Below, in pieces: positions 1 to 11,700 of a DNA stretch of 64,000 nucleotides; position 1 is the first letter of the stretch; every line of letters begins with the position of its first letter. The stretch covers positions 248,001-312,000 of the forward strand of contig JASTWF010000323.1 in assembly GCA_030390025.1 (NCBI GenBank). Reading direction: 5' to 3'. Below the pieces are notes generated by a model. That model worked only from the letters and a program-made list of their open reading frames with translations. It ran no database searches and was not told where the DNA came from. The translations under genes were made by a program, and so were the position numbers. The stretch is from Squalus acanthias (taxonomy: Eukaryota).

Positions 1-59
1 TTGGACATACGGAATTTCATAGTGCAGTTGTAAGAGAGTTGGGAGTTGGGAAAGCCTGA

Positions 60-2460
60 ATAAATAATATCAATCAAAATTACAAACACTAAAGGTCTAT
101 TACAAATCCATAATAACATCGATCAATAATGTAAATATTCAAGATATTTTACAAATCCTTAATAAATAACATCAATAGTAATGCAAATATTAAAGATTTA
201 TTGCAGATCCTTAATAAATAACATTAATCAATAATGCAAATATTGAAGAACTATTACAAAAGTTAATAAATAATATTGATAAATCATGTAAATGTTTAAG
301 ATCTATTACAAATCCGTAATAAGTAATATCAATCAATAACGCAAATATTAAAGATTTATTGCAAATCGTTAATACATAACATCACTCAATAATGCAAATA
401 TTAAGGATCTATTACAAATCCTTAATAAATAATAAGGTTCAATAATGCAAATTTTAAAGATCTATTACAAATCCTTAATAAATAACATCAACAAATAATT
501 AAAATATCAAAGATCTATTACAAATGCTTAATCAATATCTTGGATCATTAATGCAAATATGAAATGATCTATTACAAATCCTTACAAAAAAAATCGATCG
601 ATAATGCAAATATTAAAGATCTATTGCAAATCCTTAACAAATAATATCCCTCAAAATACAAATATTAAAGATCTATTACAAATCCTTAATAAATAATATC
701 AATTAATAATGCAAATAATAATCATCTTTTACCAATTCTGAATATATAACTTGGATCATTAATGCAAATATTAAAGATCTATTACAAATCCTTACAAAAT
801 AATATCGATCAATAATGCAAATATTAAAGATCTATTACAAATCCTTAATAAATAATATCAATCAAACATGCAAATATTAAAGATCTATTATAAATCCTGA
901 ATAAGTAACATCAATCAATAATTCAAATAAAGAACTATTGCAAATCCTTAAAAATAACATAAATCAATAATGCAAATATTAAATATCTATTACAAATCCA
1001 TGATAAATAATATCACTAACATAAAAATTAAAGATCTATTTCAAATCCATAATACATATCAATCAAGAAGGAAATATTTAAGAACAATTACAAATGTTTA
1101 ATGAATAATATAAATCAATCATGCAAATATTAAAGATCTATTACAAAACGTTAATCAATAATATAAATCAATAATCAAATATTAAAGAGCAATTACAAAT
1201 CCTACATAAATAATATCAATCATTATTGCAAATATTAATTATCTATTACAAATCCATACTAAATAATATCAATAATGCAAATAGTAAACATCTAATACAT
1301 ATCGTTAATAAATAATATCAATTAATAATGCAAATATTAAAGATCTATTTCAAAAGCTTAATAAATAACGTCAGTCAATCAAGGAAATATTAAAGATCTA
1401 TTATATATCCATAATTATTAATATCAATCAATAATGCTAATATTAATGTTCTATAACAATCCATAATAAATAACATCACTCAATAATGCAAATATTAAAG
1501 ATCTATTACAAATTCATAATCAATAAAATCAATCAATCATGAAACTATTGAAGATCTTTCACAAACCCTTAATAATATTATTAATCAGTAATGCAAATAT
1601 TAAAGATATATTACAAATCAATAATATAATAATATTGATCAATATTGCAAATATTAAAGATCCATTAACAATCCTTAATAAATAGCATCAATCAATAATG
1701 CAAATATTAAAGTTCTATTAAAATCCTGTAATTATTATCATCAATCAATAATGTAAATATTAAAGATCTATTGCAAATGCATAATATATAATATCAATCA
1801 ATAATGAAAATATTAAAAAACTATTACAAATCCTAAACAAATAATATCTATCAATAATTCAAATAGCAAAGACTTATTACAATTCCTGAATAGTTTTCAT
1901 CAACCAATAATGCAAATATTAAGGATCTATTACAAATCCTTAATATATAACATCAATTAATAATTCAAATATTAAAGATCTATTACAAATCTTTAATAAA
2001 TAATATCAATCAATAATGAAAATATTAAAGATCAATTACACATCCTTAATAAATATTATCAATCAATAATTCAAATATTAAAGATCTATTGGAAATCCTT
2101 AATAAATTATATCATTCCATAATTCAAATATTAAAGATCTAATCAGAATCCTTAAAAATAGTTTCATAAAATAATGTAAATGTTAAAGATCAATTAGAAA
2201 TCCATAATAAATAACATCAACCAATAATTCAAATATTAAAGATCTATTACAAATCCATAATAAATAATATCAATAATGTAAATATTAAAGATCAATTAAA
2301 AATCCTTAATAAATAATATCAATCAACAATTCAAATATTAAAGATCAATTTCAAATCCTTAATAAATAATATCAATCAATCATGCAAATATTCTAGATCT
2401 ATTGCCAATCCATCATAAATATCAACCAATAATGCATGTATTAAAGATCTATTACAAATG
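60..2460. repeat. AT-rich tandem satellite, ~53-bp unit (AATAATGCAAATATTAAAGATCTATTACAAATCCTTAATAAATAATATCAATC), ~45 diverged copies
   Basis: Unit read directly at 811-863 with the next copy starting at 864; AAGATCTATTACAAAT recurs with this period throughout. Confidence 0.95.
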
Positions 2461-2514
2461 CACATGTTTAACATCTGATCAGTAATTAAATGTATAATAT
2501 GTATAATATTAGCA

Positions 2515-3070
2515 TCGAATTACGAATCTTTTACAGCACAGAAACAGGCCATTTAGCCCAACTGTTGCTAACGTTGTTTATTCGCCACTAAGAGACTCCT
2601 CCCACCATTCTTCATCGAACACTATCAACATGTCCTTAATTCCTTTCTCCCTCATGTGCTTATCTATAATCTATGCCATACACCTCAACTTTATCCTCTT
2701 ATAGCGAGTTCTGCATTCTCAGCACTATCTGGGTAAAGACGTTTATCCTGAATTCCCTCTTGGATTTTTAGTGACTATCTTCTATGGATGGCCCCCTAGA
2801 TCTCGCCTCGCCCGTAAGTGAAAACATCCTCCAAACCCTTACTTTCATAATTTTAAAGACCTCTATCAGGTCCTCCCCCAGCCTTCTCTTTTCTAGAGAA
2901 AAGAGTTTCAACCAGTTCAGTCTTTACTGAAACTGAGAACATCTCAGTTCTGATATCATCTTGTAAATCCTTTTCACACCCTCTGCAGTACATCTACATC
3001 CTTTTTTGTAATATGGAGAATATAACTGCGCACACCTGCGAATACCTATCACAAATGTATAAGTTTTAAA
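2515..3070 (-). mobile_element. Degenerate CR1 LINE 3' fragment
   Basis: Begins with the reverse-strand CR1 tail (tacagcacagaaacaggccatt), followed by sequence resembling other CR1 3' ends in the window. Confidence 0.7.
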
Positions 3071-3079
3071 TCTGATCAT

Positions 3080-3270
3080 CCGTTCCCTCATCGTCGCTGG
3101 GTCAAAATCCTTGTGCTCCCTCCCTAACAACACTGTGGGAGTACCTTCACCACACGGACTGGACCGGTTCAAGAAGGTAAGCCACCACCACATTCTCAAA
3201 GGCAATTAGGGATGGGCAATAAATGCTGCCCTTGCCAGCGACGCCCACATACCATGAACGAATAAAAACA
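3080..3270 (+). mobile_element. LINE 3' tail shared with Deu-type SINE
   Basis: caccaccacattctcaaaggcaattagggatgggcaataaatgctg...ccagcgacgcccacat; homologous to 49590-49770 and to the SINE tail at 49330-49395. Confidence 0.75.
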
Positions 3271-3469
3271 ATTAAACGTATAAATAATAGGAATGTAAGA
3301 ATTTCAATTTAAACTCCATGTTTGAACCTCTCCAATCTGGTTTCCGCCCCTGCCACAGCCCTGAAACTGTCCTAATCAAAATCACGAAAGAGAAGTGCCT
3401 TGGGAGATTTTGCTACGTAAAGACATTAAATAAACACGGTGCAATTTGTTTATAATGAAAATTACTTAC

Positions 3470-3503
3470 TCAGGTAACCGAGAATCAGCAGCAGAGTCCT
3501 CAT
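3470..3503 (-). CDS. Signal-peptide (leader) exon MRTLLLILGYL + phase-1 intron; exon 3470-3519; rest of gene lies left of the window
   Basis: Minus strand reads cttgtttttacttccag|AATATCAGCCGGTGAG ATG AGG ACT CTG CTG CTG ATT CTC GGT TAC CTG A|gtaagt: strong acceptor, GAGATGA start context, hydrophobic leader and consensus donor. Confidence 0.7.
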
Positions 3504-3819
3504 CTCACCGGCTGATATTCTGGAAGTAAAAACAAGGAATTTGTGTTAGGGAGAGTTAAGGGGATGGGGGATCAGAGGAAACTTTAAATAGGGAGCTGGA
3601 CAGGGAATCAGTGGCTATATCTATTTATAATGGGTGAGCTGTACCTTGTCCCTCCCTGGGACCCCTACAGAGAGAGGTGAGCTCCACCTCCTTACATGTC
3701 CTTGATAAACACCAATTGCTTGACTCTCTTTCCAGTCTCCCGGTACAGATCCCCTTCTAATATTCTGACACAGGTCTTTACTGAGCCCTGTATTGGGACA
3801 GGACAAGCGGTAAACTCAC

Positions 3820-4030
3820 CCCTGAGTCCCTACGAAGCAAGTGACAAATTTCTGAGCTTGTTCTAAAATCCATTCATACAAGACTGCTTACCTGAGTCTC
3901 CAAAAGAGGTGTCGCTGTGTAAGATGCAGTGAGTTCAGATCACCAGCACCCTTCCAGTCTCAGAGACAATCTGCTGTGAGCGGTGTCGGACTCAGTGACA
4001 GCAACACCTCCCACATCAGAGACACGTGTG
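3820..4030 (-). other. Putative non-coding first exon of the leader-exon gene, with two candidate donors
   Basis: Minus-strand donors CAG|gtaagc (exon end 3892) and GGG|gtgagt (exon end 3820) in unique sequence just upstream of the leader exon; 5' boundary unknown. Confidence 0.4.
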
Positions 4031-4312
4031 ACTGAGGGCAGCGCTGATTGGCTGACATAATCTGGTTTAGTAATGTTCTATAATATGGCACAATCCATGC
4101 AAAGTAAATACTTTTAGCTAAAGGATCTGAGCAAAACAAATAGGTAAACATCTCTCCTGCGCACATGGTAACCAGCTGGGCTTTGCTCCTTTAACATAAC
4201 TTGTCTTGAGCTGCCCAGCATGAAGGGCATAGGGAGGTTGGAACTGGAGAGGGTCTGGGCATGTTATGGTCAGTATTGGGGAATGGCCTGTGTTTATTGG
4301 AACTTTAATTGC

Positions 4313-5390
4313 ATAAGAACATAATAAATAGGAGCAGGAGTAGGCTATTCGGCCCTTCGAGCCTGCTCCGACTTTCAATAAGAACATGACTGATCTTCTA
4401 CCACAACTCCACCTTCCCGCCCTGTCCCCATATACCTTGGTTCAACCTACTGCCAAAATAACAATCGATCTCAGCCTTGAAAATACTCCTCGACTGAGCA
4501 CCACAGCTCTCTGGGGTAGAGAATTCCAAATATTCACAACCCTCTGAGTGAAGACAATTCTCCTCGTCACAGTCCTGGACGGGCGACCTCTTATCCTGAG
4601 CCTATGACCCCTAGTTCTAGACAGGCCAGTCAGGGAAAAACTGCCTCTCAGCATTTACCCTTTCAAGCCCTTTAACAATTGCATACGTTTCATTGAGATC
4701 ACCTCTCATTCTTCTAAACTCCAGAGAATATAGGCCCATTCGTCTTAAATTCTGCTCAAAGGACAGTCCTCTCTTCACAGGAATAAATCTAGAGAACATT
4801 CGGTGTAGCCCCTCTAAGGCAAGTATATCCTTCCTTAGATAAAGAGATCAAAACTGCACACCATTCTCCAGGTGTGGTCTCACCATTGCCCTCTATAATT
4901 GCAGCCAGGCTTCCTTACTCTTATACTCCATCCCTCTTGCAATAAAGCCTAACATACCATTTGCCTTACTAATTGCTTGCTGTACCTGCATGTTAACTTC
5001 TGCATGTTAACTTTCTGTGATTCGTGTACAAAACCACTAAATCCCTCTGAATACCAGCATTTACTAGACTCTCGCCTTTGAAAAAATATTCTGTCTTCCC
5101 ATTCTTCAAATCAAACTTGGTAATTTCACATTTCCCCACATTATGCTCCATCTGCCACCTTCTTTCTCAATCACTTAACAGTCTATATCCCTTTGCAGCC
5201 TCCTTGTGTCCTTCTCACAGCTTCCTTTCCCAATTTTGTATCGTCAGCAAACATGGACACATTACACAATGCCCCCTCATCTATGTCATTGATATAGATT
5301 GTAAATAGCTGAGGCCAAAGCACTGATCCTTGCGGCACTCCACTAGTTACATCCAGTCATCCCGAAATTGTCCTGTTTATCCCTACTTCA
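4313..5390 (-). mobile_element. CR1 LINE 3' portion (end of RT + tail)
   Basis: ORF pieces LRRMGLYSLEFRRMRGDL and RTRGHRLRIRGR...FTQRVVNIWNSLPQ; (ATAAGAAC)n tail at 4313-4330. Confidence 0.9.
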
Positions 5391-5739
5391 ACAGATAGAG
5401 TCCTGGGATGAGAGGTTTGTGCGATGATGAGAGTGTAAGTCGAATGGGCCTATAATCTCTGGAGTTGAGAATAATGAGAGGAAATCACATTCAAGCTTAT
5501 AAAATTATAAAATCCAAGCATTCTACAGCCACTGGGTTCCCCCTTATCTACCCTGCTACTTACACCCTGAAAAACCTATATATTTATTTATATATTTATA
5601 AATATATTTGTCAAACATTATGTCCCTTTCATGAAACTGTGTTGACTCTGCCGAATCTTATTGTGAGTTTCCAAGTGTCCTGTTACCAGGTCCTTAATAA
5701 TAGATTTTAGAAATTCCCCTCCTACTGATATGAGGCTAA

Positions 5740-8700
5740 CTGGGCACTGAGTGTTAAAGAGAGAATATCACAGGGTAAATCCCTCCCATATCAGTAATGT
5801 GTCAGTAATGAGCAATGGTCTATCAGTAACACACTCCAGTGTAGAGTTATCACTAATACTTCGAGATACGCACTCTTGGTGATTCTTGACATTCAATTTA
5901 AATACAGAGACCATCGCAGTCCCTTTACTGTCCCAGTGTTCGGGGGTGAGCAGCAGTCAAGTTCTGGGATATTGATATCTGATAAGCGGCCTCACAGTTT
6001 CGCGTGTCCTGTTTACACAAACACTCTCCCAGCTCGCTCGCTCTCCTCACGCTAGTTTGCATATGTTGCTAAATGTACTCCTGTGCCCTTTAAAAGATCG
6101 TTTCCGTGTTCCTGATATGAACAATGTAATGTTCTCAGTCTGTCAGCATCATCTGACAAACATTACATCTTAGAATCATAGAATGGTACAGCACAGAATG
6201 AGGCCATTCGACCCATCGTGTCTGTGTCGACACTTTGAAAGAGCTGTCCAATTAATACCACTCCCCTGCTGTTTCCCCATAGACTTGTAAATCATGCCCC
6301 TTCAAAAATTCCCTTTTGAAAGTTACTATTGAACCTGCTTCCACCGCCCCTTCAGCCAACGCATTGCAGATCACAACAACTCGCTGTGTAAGAAAATGTT
6401 TGCTTATGTCGCCTCTGGTTCTAAATCCCTCCCATATCAGTAATGTTTCATTAATGGGCGATTGTCTATCAATATCTCTGTCGAGTGTACAGCTTACATT
6501 AATCCTTTGACATACACACTCTTGGTGATTCTTGATATTTAATTTAAATACAGAGACCATCGCAGTCCCTTTACTGTCCCAGTGTTAGTAGGTGAGCAGC
6601 AGTCAGGGTCTGAGTCATTGTTTTCTGGTCAGGGGCCTCACAGTGTCGTATGTCCTGGTTACACAAACACTCTCCCCGCTCGCTCTCTCTCCTCACTCTA
6701 GTTTGCATATGTTCCTAAATGTACTCCTGTGACCTTTAAAAAAAATAGTGTCCTTGCTTCTGATGTGAAGAACCTATTGTTCTCTGTCTGTCAGCATCAT
6801 CTGGCAAACATTACATCATAAAAACCTAGAATGATACAGCACAGAAGGAAATATTCGGCCCATCGTGCCTGTGCCGGTTCTTTGAAAGAGCTGTCCAATT
6901 AACCCCACTCACCTGCTCTTTCCCCACAGTCCTGTAAATCGCATCCCGTCAAAGATTTATCCAATTGCCTTTTGGAAGTTAGTATTGAACCGACTTCCAG
7001 TGCTCTTTCAGCAAGTGCATTCCAGATCACAACAACTCACTGTGTAAATAAAAATGTTTCCTCGTATCGCCTCTGGTTCTTTTGCCAATCCACTTAAATC
7101 TATGTCCTCTGGTCACTAAGCCTTCTGCCACTGGAAGCAGCCTATCTTTATTTACTCTATCAAAACGATTCATGGTTTTGATCACCTCAATCAAATCTGC
7201 TCTTAATCTTCCTTGCTCTAAGTAGAACAAACCTAGCTTCTCCAGTCTCTCTACAGAACTGAAGTCCCTCATTCCTGTTACCATTCTATTAAATCTCCTC
7301 TGCACCCTCTCCATGGCATTGACAAGCTGCCTAAAATGTGATGCACAGAATTGAACACAATACTCCAGCTGAGTCCTAACATGTGTTTTAATAAGGTTTA
7401 GCGATAACTTCCTCGCTTTTGTACTCTGTGCTGCGACAATAAAGTTCAGGATCCCGAATGGTTTTTTAACAGCCTTCTCAACTTGTCCTTCCAAGATCTG
7501 TGTACATACAGCCCCAGGTCTCTCTGTTCCTGCACCCCCTTTAAAATTGTACCATTTCGTTCACCTTGCATCTCCTCATGTATCCTACCAAAATGTATCA
7601 CCTCACAACAAACTGCCACTTTTTACAGGCTGACATTGTCTTTCCCTCTGATGTGTAAAGAAAACAAAGATGGATCCCCTTCCATTAGCCTCTCTGGATC
7701 ATTCTGATTCTGCCTGTTTATATTACCAAAATCTGCCCTCTCAGCATCACCTCAGCACTGACGCATTACTGACACGGGAGAGATTCAACCTGTAAATATT
7801 CTCCCGCGAACATTCAGTGCCCATTAAAGTTCCAGCCCTGGAGATGCTTGAATTTCAATTTCAATACAGAGACCATCACAGTCCATTTACAGGCCCAATG
7901 TTAACGGGGGGCAGCAGTCAGTGTCTGGGACATTGACATCCGGGGCCTCTCAGTTTCCCATGTCCTGGTTAAACAAACACTCTCCCAGTACGCCATAATC
8001 TGGAGTGACTGTGTCCAATTCTGGGCACCGCACCTCAGGAAGGAGCTATTGGCCTTGGATGGGTTTCAGCGCAAATTCACCAGAATGATACCGGGGATGA
8101 AAGGGTTCAGTTCTGAGGACAGTTGCATAGACTAGGCTTGTATTCCCTTGATTATAGAAGATTAAGGAGTAACTAATTGTAGTGTTTAAGATGATCAAAG
8201 GAATTGTTAGGGTAGATAGAGAGAAACGATTTCCTCTGGTGGGGCGAGTCCAGAACAAAGAGCATAATCTTAAAATTTGAGCTAGGCTGTTCAGTGGTGA
8301 TGTCAGGAAGCACTTCTTCACACAAAGAGTAGTGGAAATCTGGAAAACACTCCCCCAAAACGCTGTTGAGGCTGGGGGTCAATTTAAAGTTTGAAAACTA
8401 AGGTTGATATATTTTTGCTGGATAAGGGTATTAAGTTTACGGAACTAAGGCGGGTAGATGGAATTAAAGAACAGATCATTCAAGATCTGATTTAATGCTG
8501 GAGCAGGCTTTAAGGGCTGAATTCCCTCTTCCTGTTCCTATGCTCCATGTTTCTAAGACCCTAAAAATTCTCTCTCTGTCTCTTCTCACTCTAATATGCA
8601 TTTGTTGTGAAATGAGCAGCTGTGAGCTTCAGCAGATCTTATTCGTGCTTTTGATCTGGACAGTTCATTCTTCTCAGACTCTGAGCAGCCTCTGACAAAC

Positions 8701-11700
8701 AACAAGCTCCCACCTTTTGAAGGCTGACATTATTTTGCCAGCTGCACACAGCGTACAACATTCAAATCTGTTAGTCACAGAGGATGGAAAGATCAGGCGG
8801 ACTCAGAAGTGACAATGGGTTCAGATTGGCAGCGAGTAACTTCCTTGTATGCTGGAATTAACCCATGGGGATTCACAGATTCGGCAATATGGGGAAAATG
8901 GAGATTGGTGAATCTACCGGGGACCAGGTCTTATCATGAGCTGCTTGGTAGTGAGATTGAAAGTCAGTCAGCCCTTTTAACGCACACTCTATCACTGAGC
9001 AATCAGCTGCTACAAAATGATTGAGATCACTCAGGGTACGGTAGCATAGTGGCTATTTCACTGGACTATTGATCCAGAGAACAGAGTACAAATTCCAACC
9101 CGGATGTTTGAGAATTTGAATTCAAGTTTAAATAACTGGGTATGAAAAGCCTGGTATCAGTGAAAGTGGCTGACACATGGAATGGATTTATCCTGTGAAT
9201 ATTCTCTCGCTAACACTCAGTGTTCATTAATGTTCAAATATACATGGGTGGGATTTGTCTCTTATATAGGTTGGATTTGACACTGATTTGGGAGGGATTT
9301 GTCTCTGATATGTCTGAGATTTGTCTCTGATATGGGAAGGATTTATGTACATGGATCCCTGAATCACTTGGCTCCTCCACAGTTCCTAGATTCGCACCAT
9401 TTAGAAAATACTCTGATCTATCTTTCTCAGGTGTGAAGTGGATGGACTCAAACGTTCATGGGCACTGAGTGTTCGAAACAAAATATTCACAAGGTAAATC
9501 CCTCCAATATCAGTAATGTATCATTAATGGGTAATGGTCTATCAATATCTCTGCTAAGTTTACAACTTACATTAATACTTCGACATACACACTCTTGGTG
9601 ATTCTTGACATTTAATTTATACAGAGAACATCGCAGTCCCTTTACTGGCCCAGTGTTAGTGAGTGAGCAGCAGTCAGGGTCTGGGATATTGACATCTGTT
9701 CAGGGACCTACAAGTGTCGCGTGTCCTGGCTACACAAACACTCTCCCAGCTCGCTCTCTCTGCTCACTCTAGTTTTCCTATGTTGCTGAATGATCCCCTG
9801 TGCTCTTTAAAATATATTTTCCGTGCTTCTGATGTGAACAATCTATTGCACAGTCTGTCAGCATCATCTGACAAACATTACATCATAGAATCATAGAATG
9901 GTACAGCACAGAAGGAGGCCATTCGGCCCATCATGCCTGTGCCCACTCTTTGAAAGAGCTGTCCAATTAATTCCACTCCCGTGCTCTTTCCCCATAGACC
10001 TGTAAATCATACCCCATCAGAAATGTATCCAATTCCCTTTTGAAAGTTACTATTGAACGTATTTCCTGTGCCATTTCAGGCAATGCATTCCAGATCACAA
10101 CAACTCGCTGTGTATAAAACATATTTCCTCATGTCGCCTCTGGTTCTTTTTCCAATCACCTTAAATCTGTTTCCTCTGGTTACCGACCCTTCAGCAGTGG
10201 AATAAGTTTCTCCTTATTCACTCTATCAAAACCATTCGTGATTTTGAACTCCTCTATCAAATCTCCAGTAATCCTCTCTGCTCTAAGCAGACAAATCCCA
10301 GCTTCTCCAGTCTCTCCACATAACTGAAGTCCCTCATCCATGGCACCATTCTGCTTCTGCCAGATTCCATTACGAAAAAAATCCCTCTCAGCATCACTTC
10401 AATACAGACACATTACTGACACGGGAGGGATTCTACCTGTAAATATTCTCTCGCTAACACTCAGTGCCCATTAAAGTTCCAGCCTTGGTGATGCTTGACA
10501 TTTAATTACAATACAGAGACCATCGCAGTCCTTTTACTTTCTCCATGTTAGTGGGTGAGCATCAGTCAGTGGCCTCACAGTGTCCCATGTCCTGGTTACA
10601 CAAACACTCTCCCAGTAAGACCCCATCTGAAGTAACTGTGTTCAATTCTGGGCACCGCACCTCAGGAAGGATATATTGGCATTGGAGGGGGAGCAGCGCC
10701 GATTCACCAGAATGATACGGGGTGCAAAAGGGTTAAATTATGAGGACAGGTTGCATAGCCTAGGCTTGTATTCACTTGAGTATAGAAGATTAAGGAGTGA
10801 ACTAATTGTAGTGTTTCAGATGATTAAAGGAATTGATAGGTTAGATAGAGATAAACTATTTCCTCTGGTGGGGGGAGTCCAGAACAAGGGGCATAATCTT
10901 AAAATTAGAGCCAAGCAGTTCAGTGCTGATGGCAGGAAGCACTTCTTCAAACAATGGGTATTGGAAATCTGGAACACTCTCTCCCCCAAAACGTTGTTGA
11001 GGCTGGGGATCAATTAAAAGTTTGAAATCTGATATTAATATATTTTTGCTGGGTAAGGCTATTATGGTTACGGAACCAAGGCGGGTAGATGGACTTAAGG
11101 TACAGATCAGCCATCATCTGATTGAATGCTGGACCAGGCTTGAGGGGCTGAATTGCCTCTTCCTGATCATATGATTCCATGTTCCTCAGACCCTAAAAAA
11201 TCTCTCTCTGTCTCTCCTCACTCTAGTTTGCATTTGTTGTGAAATGAGCAGCTGTGAGTTTCAGCAGATCGTATCCGTGCTTTTGATCTGGACAGTTCAT
11301 TGTTCTCAGTCTTTGAGCAGCCTCTGACAAACAACACGCTCTCACCTTTTGAAGGCTGACATTGTCTTGCCTGACGCACACAGCGTACAACATTCAAATC
11401 TGTTAGTCACTTGGGATGGAAAGATCAGGCAGACGCAGAAGTGACAATGGATTCAGATTGGCAGCGAATAACTTCCTTGTATGCTGGAATTAACCCTTGG
11501 GGATTCACAGATTCGGCAACCTGGGGAGAATAGAGATTGATGAAACTAGCGGCGACCAGGCCTTAACATGATCTGGTTGGGAGTGAGATGGAAAGTCCTT
11601 GTCAGCCCTTTTAATGCACAATGTAACACTGAGCAATCAGGTGCTACAAAAAGATTGAGATCACTGAGGGTACGGTGGCATAGTGGTTATGTCACAGGAA

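Noticed and set aside
3820..3862. Separate 43-nt UTR exon
   Set aside because: The implied upstream intron (3863-3891) is only 29 nt; treated as alternative donors of one exon.
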